From assembly GCA_951406725.2 (NCBI GenBank), contig OX597816.1:64604001-64668000 (forward strand): a stretch of 64,000 nt of DNA, in the 5' to 3' direction. The position numbers were made by a program, and so were the translations under genes. This DNA is from Octopus vulgaris. Lineage: Eukaryota. This document shows, piece by piece, positions 27,369 through 40,269 of this stretch. The notes under the pieces were generated by a model. That model had not been told where the DNA came from. It did not search any database and saw only the letters and a program-made list of their open reading frames with translations. Numbering within the stretch: position 1 is the first letter of the stretch; each line of letters opens with the position of its first letter.

Positions 27369-28332
27369 TATATATAAGTGCAGGTACGTATAAGTGTCCG
27401 TGTGATTGTAGGTATTGGGTTATAAAGAATTTGTTTTTGGGGGCTTTTTTATGTTGTTCCACGAAGAAAATTCATGAACGCAAAACATGATCAAGTCTCA
27501 AATCACATAATGAAGCAATTTATCTGATAATGTCATTCTTCTTCAGGAGGTATCGTAGTATATCTAGTCTCTTCAGCTAGATATTTGATACTTGTTACTT
27601 ATGTCATAATAAATACTGTTTTAGAGACAAATATCTATTTTTAACTGCAGATATATACGAAGTAATGTCGTTACTGTTGTCAAATATTGCTTTTCCGTCG
27701 TTGATAGATCAGTAAACGGTTTGTTCGCTAAAATAATAAACACGAACATTGGCTCTTGTTGGTCTCATCATTCCGGGCGTGCTTCTGGCTGACGTAGCAC
27801 AACGATGTTGGAACCCGAAATTCCTTGTACTAATGAATCGAGTAAGCATAGTTGTCACAAAGGAGAAACTATTCTTCTGTGACAAATGCTACAGTTATTT
27901 GCATATTCATGTATTCATGTTCGAATCCACCTGATGGTACCATCGGTTGCTGATAGCTTTTTAATGATCCGAATCATAAGATATGTTAATACTAACTGAA
28001 TATATTTCCATAGTTATATTCCTCAATATTCTGCTTCCTTGCACCAGCAAATGTCCAATGTTGCCCATTTATTTACCAGTATTTTATCAGTATTCCGTTA
28101 AATATTATTGATGTTATGCTTTTTTTAATGCAGTCTGAGTAAGATGGAAACATACCTAGAATTGTTTCATATACTCCAACGGGAAATGAATATAATTTCA
28201 TACCTTCCTTAATGCTACTGCTATATATTTTTGTCACAGAAAATGTTTTATTTTAAAAAATGATACATCATATATTTTCGTTATGTATGTCTTTTGTTAT
28301 AATAGGATATATCTTATATAACTGACATATGT

Positions 28333-28490
28333 GGAGGCGCGTGTCTTAGTGGCCAAGGGTGTCGTACACATGATCGTAAGATGGTGATTTCGACTCCTAG
28401 ACTGGACAATTCTTTGTGCTCTTGAACAAGACATTTTATTTCCTGATGCTTCAGTCCACTCACCTCGCAAAAACGATAATCCTGCGACCG
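28333..28490 (+). mobile_element. Family C SINE head plus CORE-like segment, truncated
   Basis: GGAGGCGCGTGTCTTAGTGG...TTTCGACTCCTAGACTGG...TCTTGAACAAGACATTTTATTTC. Confidence 0.8.
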
Positions 28491-29382
28491 GACATGGGGG
28501 GGGGAGGTACTATTCACGGGAGAATATACACGCCTCAATATCTGGAAAACTGGAAATATGAGCATATGGCTCGGAAAGAACCTTTGCACCTTTTTTCCTT
28601 TAACCGACGTATACTGAAACAGTTTCTTATTTTTTGTATGTTTTAGCCACTTCCCTAACTTTCCACCAGTAAAATATTGGGGCTTCTCAATTACTTAATG
28701 CTCCTTAATCCTGAATGTTGTAAAGATAAATAGCTATTAGTAGAGTATTTAGGAACCTCTGCTGGTGAGAGATTATCAGATGCATACTTCAATGTGCGTA
28801 GAACTGTGCAAGGCAGGGTTTTGGGTGTGTAAATGGCTAAAGTCCTCCTTTTCCGCCGCTCAAAGTCGAAAAAGCAAGATTTCGTCTTTAGTGCTGAATT
28901 CTAAGTTTTCATTACAAAAGTTACTACCTTGAATGTAATATTCTATAATTTTTCGAGAAGGGAAAATACTTAGCGAAAACAGTTTGGTGGGTATTTTGAA
29001 ACTTGGCTTTGCTTACAACGATGGAAAATACTTTGAGAAGGCAAAGAACTGCACATTTCATTGCGGTCATTAGTCATGGATCTAATTTTAGAATAAATTG
29101 AAATTTCAATAAAGCATTTCAGAGTTTTGTTCTAGGGTGCTAGCTTGATTATACAATCTAACCATCCTTAATAAAATGTTTTTATAAGGACATTTTTGAA
29201 ATGATACAGTTTAAGAATAAACCTTCCTCAATACCGAAGAAACATGTATGATAGGTGTAATCTCTTAATTTGATTTTATAGAACAGCTTCAAATGAAAAT
29301 GAAAAAAAAAATCGAAAACATTGCTTTTTGGGCTGTCAAGATATGTTTTTATTTAGTTTCATATATATATATAAACATATGA

Positions 29383-31075
29383 CTTGTGAGTGAATTTGGT
29401 AGGTAGAAGCCCGTCGAATTGCGCCTGTGTATTTCTGTGTGTGTCTTTGTGTTCGTGTTTGTCCCCTCCACCGATTGACAACTGTTTTTGAACTGTATGC
29501 ATCTCCGTAACTTAGCGATTCGAGAAAACAGACAAGTAGGATAAGAATCACAATTTTAACAAAAATAAAAATTAATTAGTTCAACTGAAGCCGTTCAATG
29601 CATTGTTCCGGCATGGACGCAGTCCAATGAAAGAAAGATAAACTATATAGATTTCTACTCAGTTTTGTCATCTGAGAAAATGTGAAGCGAGTCAAGGATA
29701 ATCATTCTTAGTTGTCAGCCAAAATATGGGTTTTAAATTTTGGCACTAGGTCAGCAATTTTGATTGGGAGTTAGTCGATTTCATCGACACCAGTGCTCAA
29801 CTGGTATTCATTTTATCGACCCCGAAACGATGAAAGGCAAAGTTGATCTCAGCGGAATTTGAACTCTGAACGTAAAGACGGGATATATGTCGTTAAATAT
29901 TTTGTCCATTGTACCAACGATTCTGCCAGCTCGCCGCCTTCGTCAGCCTAAATTTTAAATGTGTCTCCGATTTTTTTAGTTGAGTAATGGACTAGTTTGT
30001 TTGGTTTTGCTTCGTCGCTTTTCTTTTTGCTTTTTTGTGTCATTTTCTTCCTTGTACCATCTATTCTCAAAATATACACAGATCTTTAAGTATAGGAGTG
30101 GCTGTGTGGTAAGTAGCTTGCTTACGAACCACATGGTCCCGGGTTCACTCCCATTGCGTGGAACCTTAGGCAAGCGTCTTCTACTATAGCCTCGGGCCGG
30201 CCAAAACCTTGTGAGTGGATTTGGTAGATGGAAACTAAAAGAAGCCCGTCATATATATGTATATATACATGTACGTGTGTCTATATGTTTGTGTGTCTGT
30301 GTTTGTCCCACCAACATCGCTTGACAACCGATGCTGGTGTGTTTACGTCCACGTAACTTAGCGGTTCGGCAAAAGAAACCGATAGAATAAATACTAGGCT
30401 TACAAAGAATAAGTCCTGGGGTTGATTTGCTCTAGCATGGCCACAGTCAAATGACTGAAACAAGTATAAGAGTAAAAGCGATCGATTTTTGAATAATGAA
30501 AAGAAGAATGATTCTTTTTCTACTCTAAGCACAAAGCCTGAAATGTTGGGTGAGGGGAGCAGTCTTAATTTATCGACCCGGAAAGGATGAACGGCAAAGT
30601 CGACCTCAGCGGAATTTGAACTCAGAACATAAAGATAGACGAAATACCTATTTGTTTACAACCCACAAGGGGCTAAACACAGAGAGGACAAATATGGACA
30701 GACAAACGGATTAAGTCGATTATATCGACCCCAGTGCGTAACTTATCGACCCCGAAAGGATGAAAGGCAAAGTCGACCTCTGCCGAATTTGAACTCGGAA
30801 CGTAACGACAGACGAAATGCCGCTAAGCATTTCGCCCAGCGTGCTAACATTTCTGCTAGGAAGAATGATTCGTCTTAATTTTGGTAAAAGGATAGCAGTT
30901 CTAAGGAGATTGATCTAGTCGATTACGTAGACGCCAATGGTACTCTTTTAATCGGCCACGAAAGAATGAAAATCAAAGTTGACTTCAACTGTATTTGAAC
31001 TTGGAACAAAAACAAAAAAAACAGGGCCGGAAGAAATACTGTTAAGCATTTAGTCGGAAGCAGTAACGCTTCTAC
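29383..31075. mobile_element. SINE cluster: family A partial 29383-29630 (+), family B 29760-29940 (-), family A full 30094-30478 (+), nested family B 30515-30858 (-), decayed B ~30915-31075 (-)
   Basis: Colinear with the other copies in the window. GAAGAATGATTC is duplicated around the 30515-30858 insert. Confidence 0.85.
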
Positions 31076-31214
31076 TTATTCTCTTCTTTAAAGGAAGAAT
31101 TATAAAAACAAACGCCAAATCTCTGACGACTTGAAGATTGGGTTGCAAATTATAAAACGCAACTTTTAATTGTATATATTTAAGCGTTGCATTAAGAGTA
31201 TTCTCTTAGTATTT

Positions 31215-31640
31215 TTATGGCCGAGTCCCAACCCGGGACACAGCAAGATATTTCAACTGCCACACTTCTCAGTCCATCATCACTGCCTCTAGGTCTTGGA
31301 TACATTCCTGGATACATACCAGGCACCAGTATATCCAATCAGGTTGTCGATGTGAGTATGGCGATGTTTTCCTCTTTTTTACATCACCATGAAACGAGTT
31401 CTAATTTGTATGCTTGCAGTAAATGATAGCGCACGCAGTGACTGGTTAATCGCAGCCATCTTTGCCTGATTTTCTCGTTAAGTTTCGGTCGGTCTCCATC
31501 AAGGCATTCATTTGTCATATGTCGTTGTTATTTCATATTTAGAGCCATTCGTAGCATCGTTGTGTAGCATCCCTTTAGCTATTTACACTAAAAGCTCCTC
31601 TCTCTCAGTTGATACGCATTTTAACGACTCTCACTTCTGA
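31215..31640 (-). pseudogene. Decayed RTE-like LINE C-terminus
   Basis: Minus strand LKGCYTTMLRMALNMK*QRHMTNECLDGDRPKLNEKIRQRWLRLTSHCVR...KRGKHRHTHIDNLIGYTG, matching LDGCYTRMLRxALNISW.DH.TN.ELYG.LP.VS..IR.RRLRLAGHC. Confidence 0.82.
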
Positions 31641-31954
31641 AAGAGAAAAAAGCGTTAGCGTATAAAGTGAACTTTATCCGATCTTGATAGATGCTATGTT
31701 CCTGTACTTATTTCACTTATAGCTGCTCCACTTCTAAACTCAACCCTAATGATGCTATTGAATTTCTTGCTATTTTTGTGAATATGTATTTCTTTTAATG
31801 ATTTGCTTAAATACATTAAAATTACCTTGGCAAAGTGTTTAAGTAGAATTTTGGAAGTGTTGTACGTGCATCTGTGAGGAGAGGTGATAATGAAAGGTCT
31901 ACAGTTCGCTGCAGAAATAATCTGCGTGTGTTTATTTTGTGGAATATACATATG

Positions 31955-34225
31955 CAGTAGAAACTCGCTGTACGAGTGCACCATTATACGAGCGAGTTTT
32001 ATATAAGGGACCGCTAGTTAGCGTTGACCTCGCACACGCTCTCCTAAGCGCAGCCTTCACTCGCTCACATCCCATGTTTATCTCGTTGCGGCAGCGTCCC
32101 TGTTGTGTTTTCAGTGTTATTTCTCTTTTGTTTTGTGCGTTTCTTTTGCTATTATTTTATAAGAACTAATTGTGTTAATGGGTCCTAAGAAGGTTAGTGC
32201 AAAGGACAGTGCTGAGAAGAAAAAGCATATTACGATAGACTTGAAGAAGGTAAAATCCGCACATTTTAATGTGGTGTGAAGGAAAGAAAGTTGAAAATTT
32301 AGTCGAGTTAACGATTCCTCGTGAGGATAACGTGGACGCGGCTTGGGCTCGAAAGATTGACCGTTATGTAAACCTCCTCGAGGAATTTCAAGATGCAGGC
32401 TGGAAAACGGAGCATTTTCCAATCGAAGTCGGGTGTAGAGGGTTTGTTGGACATAGTGTGAGACGACAGTTGTTATTGATAGGCCTAACTCATCGTGAGG
32501 TAAATACCACCATGACCAATATCCAAACTACAATGGAGAAAGCTAGCCACTGGATTTGGTTAAAAAGAGACGATTAGCGATGGCTAGAGAAATATTGAGC
32601 TATATTTAAGAACCAGTTGATCTAGCAAGCGGGGCCTCATATCAGTGAGGAGGATCGGTGCGCAGTGATGCCGTCGAGAGGTAGGCTCCCAAACGACGCG
32701 CATTCTCTCCTAATGACCCCATACACTTGCTGGTTTCCGGAATGCGGAGTTCTCGACTGGTGGCACTTGCATGTGCAAGTTGTTTGCAAGACATCGAAAC
32801 ATGAGAGAAGAGTGTGTGTAAAGGACACAGCACGTCAATACGACCGCAGCACGTCGACGATCTGCACCTTCCTGAAGAAAAAGGATGAGATCAAGGCCGT
32901 TATAGCAGCAGAGGGTGTCTCCAGGCTTTCCAAGCAATACACGTCTGTCCGCAAATAGAGGGAAGAATTGCTTTTCCTGTAGATCAATTTCCTATGGAGA
33001 AGCAGCTCACAGGGGAGACGATTTCGGAGACCATCATCTGCGAGAAAGCACCAGCGCTGTATGGGTATCTCCTGAAGCAGAACCCTAGAACATCGATGGA
33101 GGAGACATCAGCAAATACATTTAAGGCCAGTCGCGGCTGGTGAGATAATTTCAGGAAGAGGGCGGGTGTTCATAGAATTATCACGTATGGAGAAGCAATC
33201 AGCTGAGGATTTCGTGCTTGAATTCCGTCAGCTCATAGCTCAACATGTATTCAACTGTGATGAAACTGGCCTTTTTTGGAATAAAAATGCCCGGAAGAAC
33301 GTACATAACTGCAGTGGAGAAGAAAATGCCAGGCTACAAGCCTATGAAAGATAGGTTAATTCTTGCCCTTTATGCCAATGGTAGTGGAGACTTGAAGATT
33401 AAGCTGCTCCTTGTCTGCGATTCCGAAAACCCATGAGCGTTCAAGTCACACAAAATACTGAAGACGTTGCAGGTCATATGGAGGGGAAAGGTTAAAATCT
33501 GGGTCACTGAGTGGGTCAACCTTATCTTCGGAAAAGCAGTGAAAATGTAGCTTCTGGAGAACGATCTTCTTCTCAACGCCCTCTTCATCCTCGACAATGC
33601 TGCTGCTCGACCTCCTAAATTTGAAGCTGATATCCTGGATGAATTTAAATTCATAAAAGTTCTATACGCAAAAACCACCCGTATCTTGCAGCCCATGGAC
33701 CAACTGGTGATTTCTAATGTTAAGAAATTGTACACGAAACACCTGTTTCGTCGGTGCTTTGAAGTCACCGAAAGCGCAAATCTAACCCTTCGTGAGTTTT
33801 GGAAGGAGCACTACAACATTGTTAACTGCCTGAAAAATCATCGATATGGCTTGCAAGGGAAAACGTTAAATTCCGCAGGAAGGAAACTATGGCCTGACTG
33901 CGTATCTGAAAGTGACTTCGAAGGGATTGAATGTGAGACACCTGTATTCGAGGAGATAGTATCTCTTGGCAAGTCCATAGGTCTCGAGGTTCGTGATGGG
34001 ACATTAACGATCTCGTCGAGGAACACTCAGAGGAGCTGACAAAAGATAGTTTCAGGAACAGCAGCATGCGGTGGAAGCGATTGGTATCCCGACGGAGGAC
34101 AGCGTAGTGGAGAAGGCTATTACAGCGAGTGACATAAAGACAGTGTTGGCAATGTGGTAGTATGTTTCTGAATTTGTAGAAAAATATCATCCTAAAAAGC
34201 AGAAACCAGTCGTGCAACTGCTATA
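31955..34225 (+). mobile_element. Decayed Tigger/pogo (TIGD1-like) DNA transposon, interrupted by a LINE insert; right TIR not seen
   Basis: MGPKKVSAKDSAEKK (32179), KHERRVCVKDTARQYDRSTSTICTFLKKK, FKASRGW, VFNCDETGLFW, KPMKDRL, LFILDNA and LQPMDQLVISNVKKLY. These give CENP-B HTH plus DDE motifs with multiple stops and frameshifts. Putative left TIR CAGTAGAAACTCG at 31955. Confidence 0.92.
32251..32790 (+). mobile_element. 5'-truncated HERO-like (restriction-like endonuclease) non-LTR retrotransposon nested in the Tigger
   Basis: ORF 32269-32577 contains VELTIPREDN...RKIDRY..L...GWKTEHFPIEVGCRGF...EKASHWIWLKR, the PD-(D/E)xK RLE C-terminus typical of HERO. A ~210-nt 3' UTR follows before the Tigger ORF resumes. 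Confidence 0.85.
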
Positions 34226-34273
34226 GTCCTACATGAGCATACGGGGACCACGCTGTGAATTTTTTAATTTTAA

Positions 34274-34355
34274 TTCACCTGAAGAAGACGGTTTTTTCAT
34301 GAAGTAAACGGTCTATTCATCAATCAAAAAACGCGTCAGAAACAGTTATAATGAA
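34274..34355 (+). ncRNA. Decayed hammerhead-like motif with long helix II
   Basis: UUCAC-CUGAAGA-A-GACG GUUUUUU...AAAAAAC G CGUC-A-GAAA-CAGUUAU-A-AUGAA, lying ~25 bp before a (TA)n tract. Confidence 0.5.
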
Positions 34356-34377
34356 CTTTAACTCATTTGCATTCTTT

Positions 34378-34435
<58 letters not shown>

Positions 34436-34441
<6 letters not shown>

Positions 34442-34818
34442 TCTTTAAAACGTTCCAATCGTTTGACCGCAGCCATGCTGGAGCAACGCCCGACACAAGA
34501 CCTATTCTCTGAAAGCCTAGTTCTTATTCTATCGGTCGCTTTTGTTGAACCGCTATTGTACGGGGACAGAAACACACCAGCATCGGTTGTCAGGCGATGG
34601 TAGTGGACACAAAGATACGCACATAAATAAACACACACACATATATATGCGATGGACGTCCTTCAGTTTCCGTCTTCCCAATTTACTCACTAGGCCTTGG
34701 TTGACCCGAGGCTATAGCACAAGAATAAGACACTTGCTTAAGGTGTCTCGCTGTGGGACTGAACGCAGAACCATGAGGTTTGGAAGCGAGTTTGTTACCA
34801 CACAGTCACGTCTGTGCC
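34436..34818 (-). mobile_element. Family A SINE
   Basis: Reverse complement of the 30094 consensus. Confidence 0.85.
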
Positions 34819-34849
34819 TCTCTCTCCTCCATATATATATATATATATA

Positions 34850-35062
34850 TCACTTTCACTTGATCACTTTGACCGACCAGTCCGTCAGGCGTCCATTTGA
34901 CACCGCTGGTCACAGCACGCTGTCCACTCCTCCCTGGATCGCGCCTTTCTCATCCACGTGATCCCAATCGTCCTCTTGAAATCGTCACTCCACCGTCGTG
35001 GACGTCTTCCGGGTGGTCTTTTCCGCTCATGCGGGTACCACTCGACAACTGCGTGCGTCCAC
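34850..35062 (-). mobile_element. RTE LINE 3' end inserted in (TA)n
   Basis: Minus strand WTHAVVEWYPHERKRPPGRRPRRWSDDFKRTIGITWMRKARSREEW...*, followed by a short (AAGTGA)-type tandem tail. Confidence 0.85.
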
Positions 35063-35064
35063 TG

Positions 35065-35097
<33 letters not shown>

Positions 35098-35127
35098 TTG
35101 CGTTGCGTTTATATATATATATATATA

Positions 35128-35270
35128 TAGAAAATAGTAAAAGTGAAAAGACTACAGAAGGCTTGTTTTAAAAGGTTAAAAAATATATATTTGAGTCAAT
35201 ATGTCTGAAAAATGTCATAAATTCTTTTCATAGCCTTCTGTAGTTTTTTCACTTTTTTCTATTTTCTATA
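35128..35270. repeat. Fold-back inverted repeat within TA tracts
   Basis: TAGAAAATAGTAAAAGTGAAAAGACTACAGAAGGCT pairs with AGCCTTCTGTAGTTTTTTCACTTTTTTCTATTTTCTA. Confidence 0.85.
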
Positions 35271-35306
35271 TATTCAACCACGTGCTTTCACACACCAACT
35301 TTCTCA

Positions 35307-35360
<54 letters not shown>

Positions 35361-35399
35361 CATACATATATATAAATAAATATGTATGTATGTATGTAT

Positions 35400-35468
<69 letters not shown>

Positions 35469-36049
35469 TGTATATACATATATATATATGCACGCTCCCT
35501 CACTGGTTTTTAGGTTATTGTGTTCATATTAAAAGGAATGTGATGCCGCAGAAGTGTTTCGTGAATTGGTTTGTGTGTCTCTCGTTTACTTTAGTTAACG
35601 GGATTATAGGGCATGCTTCAGCAACCTCTACACCAGAAAGTTCTTACTGTTGTTTCCTCTCTGACATATATCAAGGTACATATTTTTTGTATTATATATA
35701 GCATCACTAATTATTTTATCAGCAAATCACTGAAAGCTGCTGTAATCTACTTATACATTTTTGTAGGTATTCTCTCTGGATTTCAAACAAAAAGTGCATC
35801 AATGCATACCTTAAGAGACTCCAGGGAACTGTCTGTTTATTCCTTATCATGTCTAAGATTTGAAATGCAAAGCCCTTGTAAAATTTATTTGTGATGCGAT
35901 ATATGTGTGTGATTTTGCACATATGTGTGTGTGTGTGTGTGTGTGTGAGTGATTGTGACTTTGTACGAGTGTTAGTGTGTATGCAAGGGTGTTAATGCAT
36001 GTAAGTATGCATACATATATATGCATATATATATATGTGCGTGTGTATA

Positions 36050-36104
<55 letters not shown>

Positions 36105-36182
36105 GAGACATATAGATACATAGATTTCTAAATAATGTATATATTCTACCTGCAAGTTTGTGTGTATGTGTGTGTATGTCGT

Positions 36183-36520
36183 GGCACTCCGTCGGTTACG
36201 ATGACAACGAGAAGGCTGTTCAACAGAACGGTCTGCCCGTGAATTTAACGTGCAAGTGGTTGAGCACTCCACAGACACGTGCACCTTTAACGTAGTTCTC
36301 GGGGAGTTTCAGCATTACAAGGCTGGCCCCTTTAACATAAATGTACCACAGAAACAGGAATAAAGAGTGAAAAGTTGTGGTGACAGAGTACAGCAGGGTT
36401 CGCCACTACCCCATGCCAGAGTCTCGTGGAGTTTTAGCTCAATAAACACTCACAACGCCCAGTCAGTGATCCTATGGCCGCGTGTCCGCTGCCCTAAACA
36501 TTGGGCCATTGACCTCCCAC
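36183..36520 (-). mobile_element. Family C SINE, chimeric (middle of the 700-type copy, tail of the 10723-type copy)
   Basis: Segments match both other copies. Confidence 0.75.
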
Positions 36521-37109
36521 GCGTGTGTATGTACATGCATAAAGTACTAGTCAGTGACACTAGATTGATAGTATTGTTGTTAGAAAAGCGATGCTAATTA
36601 TTTTTCCAATTCTTATAGTATTGCTCTCGGCAGTGCACATCCGAATCTCAACTGCTAATATAAAAAGAAACACGACCCAGAGTAACACACCAATTAGCGT
36701 TAATTTTACCAGATAGATAGATGATTTTTTGTTAACAGACTAACGAAATATTTTTTGCAAAATATTAGTAGTCAAAAATCTTTAACGCAATTTAAATCAG
36801 CATTTCATATTGAACATCATTTAAATTTGCTCAAAGTTTAGCTAATGTAAAAAAATAAATATTGTTTTCAAATTTCTAGAACATGGCCAGGAGATTCGGG
36901 GAAGTGGGGCGATCGATTACTCGACTCCAGGTCTCAACTGCTACTTATTTTATCAACATAGTAATCACTTTGAACCCAGAACATGAAGACGGATGAAATG
37001 CCGTTAATTGCTAGGGTCTATGCAATCGATTTCTCCCTCCCTTCAAACAATTGCTGGCTCTGTGCCATAATTTGAAACCATTATTTTTATTAATAATATT
37101 ATTATTATG

Positions 37110-37610
37110 TGAGAGAGCAGTGCATGTCATCAAAGTGACACTGGTGTAAAATATACGAAGCCCAGTATACCCATCCTGACTACCTGTCTGATAAGGGCAC
37201 ACCAGGCAAATGTATCACAACCATATTTACGTGACATGGTGATCTCATATCAAGATTAACAGCGCATGACTTTGCAGGTGGGGGCCCAGTTAGAATTTTC
37301 TTCAGGTCGAGTAGTCCATCCCACTCAAAAGGCCCTGAAATAAGGGATGTTTAAGGATGTTGAACGAAACACCCATGTTTCCAGAGGTGAATTATCCAAA
37401 CCCCAAAGAATTCCTTTCAACACATGGCTATGATGCTCCCCCACTACTTCTGCTCGTGATCAGAGATGCACGTATCGTCAGCCACCAAGGGACGTGCTCA
37501 ATTGGGTAAGGTCAAGCAACTGACAAGCAAACTGTTGTATTGAGCAGAATATTTGCTGTAGCACATCTTTTATACCAAGACAAAACAATGTACATGATAA
37601 CACCTCCAAT
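37110..37610. repeat. Probable interspersed repeat of unknown class next to a (TTA)n tract
   Basis: Less AT-rich block between SINE pieces that resembles an abundant octopus repeat as I recall it. There is no second copy in the window. Confidence 0.4.
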
Positions 37611-37611
37611 C

Positions 37612-37785
37612 GTCTGCCGTTACGTTCTGAGTTCAACTTCCACCGAGGTCAACTTTACCTTTCATCCTTTCGGGTTCGATAAATTAAGTACCAGTTACGC
37701 ACTGGGGTCGATGTAATCGACTTAATCCTTTTGTCTGTCTTTGTTTGTCCCCTCTCTGTTTAGCCTCTTGTGGGCAATAAAGAAA
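37612..37785 (+). mobile_element. Family B SINE, 5'-truncated
   Basis: Colinear with 22192. Confidence 0.88.
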
Positions 37786-38100
37786 TATTACATCTATAGA
37801 AATCTCCTTCAAATCGTTACTATGTCCAACTTAAATTTTAGAACTTTTAGTTATATGTAAACGCTAAATGTATCAATACTCAGATAATTCTGTTATCTAT
37901 CGATATGAACAGACAAAATAAATTCATCCCCTCGGGGTTATGCACTTTTATATAGAAATAGGGAAGTTCTATTAGTGGCTCCTGCGCATATTAACTTGCT
38001 ATTAAAATTTACATTTAAAAACACTCCTGTTACAAAAACTCATTTTTCATATAGACATGATAATTTGATATTACCTTACTAGATCTTGCATTCATATATA

Positions 38101-38617
38101 TACGAGGGTGTGTTAAATCTTATAGGCATTGTTGTTTTTTCAATGTATTTACACAAAAGTAGTGATAAAGAAGGACGTCATTTTTCTATGGGGTCTCTTT
38201 CCTTTCCAATACACTTGGTTCAGCGGTCCACAAGCTTGCGTATTCCCTCCGAGAAGGTTTTCGGCTGGTCGTGCAACCATTTATGCACCGAATCCTTCAC
38301 ATCTTCATTCAGAGGAAGTCGACAACTTTTAAACCATCTTTGAGCGGTCCAAAGATATGATAGTCGGAAGAGGAAAAATCCGGGTTGTAGGCAGGGTGTT
38401 GGATCGTTGCTCTTTGTTCTTCTTTGGTGCACATTGCTAGTGGAGCGGCCATGCTTATACTGTAAAACCAGAAAGAAAAATGGTGCGATCAAGCTCAAAC
38501 TTCGAGCACGTAATAATAATAGTACCAACTATAAGTAGGCATGCACAGAAGGCAGTGTGACAATAATGAAGATATGTTATGGTGAAAGTGCGGATAATTT
38601 TTGACTTACCCTTGTAT
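38101..38617 (-). mobile_element. Internally deleted mariner transposon
   Basis: TA-flanked imperfect TIRs TACGAGGGTGTGTTAAA... and ...TTTTTGACTTACCCTTGTA. Minus strand MAAPLAMCTKEEQRATIQ-HPAYNPDFSSSDYHIFGPLK and NEDVKDSVHKWLHDQPKTFSEGIRKLVDR (mariner YSPDL region and C-terminus). Confidence 0.88.
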
Positions 38618-38624
38618 ATATAAA

Positions 38625-40126
38625 ATAATAGGTATTTTGAATTCACCATATATGAAATATCACTGCAACAATATAGATATCCAATTCACCATTATAGAAG
38701 AGAGAACTGGAAATAATATCTGGATGGCTGATTATCACTTGGAAGGAGACCATTGATAAACGTTTGGAATCTAAATAAATATTAAATAACATACATACTA
38801 ACATTCAATTTACAATGGAATATAACGTAGAACAGTTCCCTTTCTTGGATATTATGATTAAAAAAGTCAACAACTAAATTATAACTGACATTTATCATAA
38901 ACCAACGGACTCGAAGCAATATCTCCTGTTTAGTATATGCCATACGAAACACATCGAAAGAAATATCCCTTTTAATTTAACAAAAATGATTTGCACAATA
39001 GTGTCTGATAGAAATACTGTGGAACTTCGTCTTCAAGAAAAGCGCTAAATGAAAGACAGTATCCACCCTCACTTATAGGCGATGGAATGAAGTGTACTAA
39101 GAAATTAGGCATTAAAACACTAAATGCAATAAAACGTAGCAGCACACCTCATCTCAAAACACTACTGTATATATCAACTCGAGTCCTAGAAATAATGAAG
39201 CATACAAAATCTACCTCAGCTCACTAGAGATTAAAAAATGAGCAACATTCTGAAAGCATAAATTCATCAAAAACAAAAAGCAACACTGGTCGCTGAAAAG
39301 ACTTCTAAGAAATTCGAAGCTTTACACATTAACCACGAAACGAACGGTTAAAAATATGGACGCCCAAATAATAGAACATGCCCCAGGCTACTGGAAGGCT
39401 CAGAACTACTATCCAAACAAGGAGAGTGGTTAACAATTAAAACCAACTTCACTTGTGCTTCCGAGAATTTAATTTATGTTATAAGTTGCTCAGGTTGTGG
39501 ACGTAATTATATAGGGTTGATAAGTATGACACTGAGACGGAGAACCACCCAACATAAGGAACAGATCCTGTTCCTGTAATACACATAAAGTCCTTTGAGG
39601 GAACACAGAGAGATGTGCAGATAATATCTAACGAAACTTCAGTTTTCCCCATCTACCAGAGCAAAGAAACAATTTCTTCACAAGTACGTCTAAAAGAAAA
39701 TTTGTTCATAAAAAATACAGAACACGTCTAAATATAAACGCATAAACAAACTTTGATCTCAGTATATATTTCAGTTCATGATCACATACCCGTCACTGTA
39801 CATATTTCACCTCACTACTTTAGCTTTCGGGTTTTTGTGTATTACCTCCCCTGCCCGCAACAATAACGATCACCAATTATTCTTCATTGCTGAACCAATC
39901 ATTCACAAACTTCTCCACACACAACATGGACTAAAATGTTCTTCAGAAAATACGAAATTCGATTAATTTTAATGTCATGATTAGCGAAAACGAAACCGGT
40001 CGACAAACACAAAATAAAATATATTAAGACTATTTAAAGAGTGTGAATTTTCCTTGTTTTATTTTATATATATCTTTTGCATTACAACTCATCATGTGGG
40101 GATAATCGATATTCCTCCCTTTTTGT

Positions 40127-40130
<4 letters not shown>
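38625..40130 (+). pseudogene. 5'-truncated, decayed Neptune-type Penelope-like element (RT C-half plus GIY-YIG, then 3' region ending at (TA)n)
   Basis: ENWK*YLDG, ILNNIHTNIQFTMEY...PFLDI...TDIYHKPTDSKQYLLF..CHTKHIERNIPFNL and IKTNFTCASENLIYVISCSGCGRNYIG (39436-39516). Downstream, GAAACCGGTC (39992) resembles the 3' half of a hammerhead. Confidence 0.92.
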
Positions 40131-40181
<51 letters not shown>

Positions 40182-40238
40182 TATGCATACACGCTTACTC
40201 ACACACACATATATATATAAACCTATATTTTTGTATAC

Positions 40239-40269
<31 letters not shown>

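Noticed and set aside
27749-27934. TKEKLFFCDKC resembling a C2H2 linker (TGEKPFxCxxC)
   Set aside because: There is no tandem finger array or correct His spacing. It overlaps a small DNA hairpin and is probably chance.
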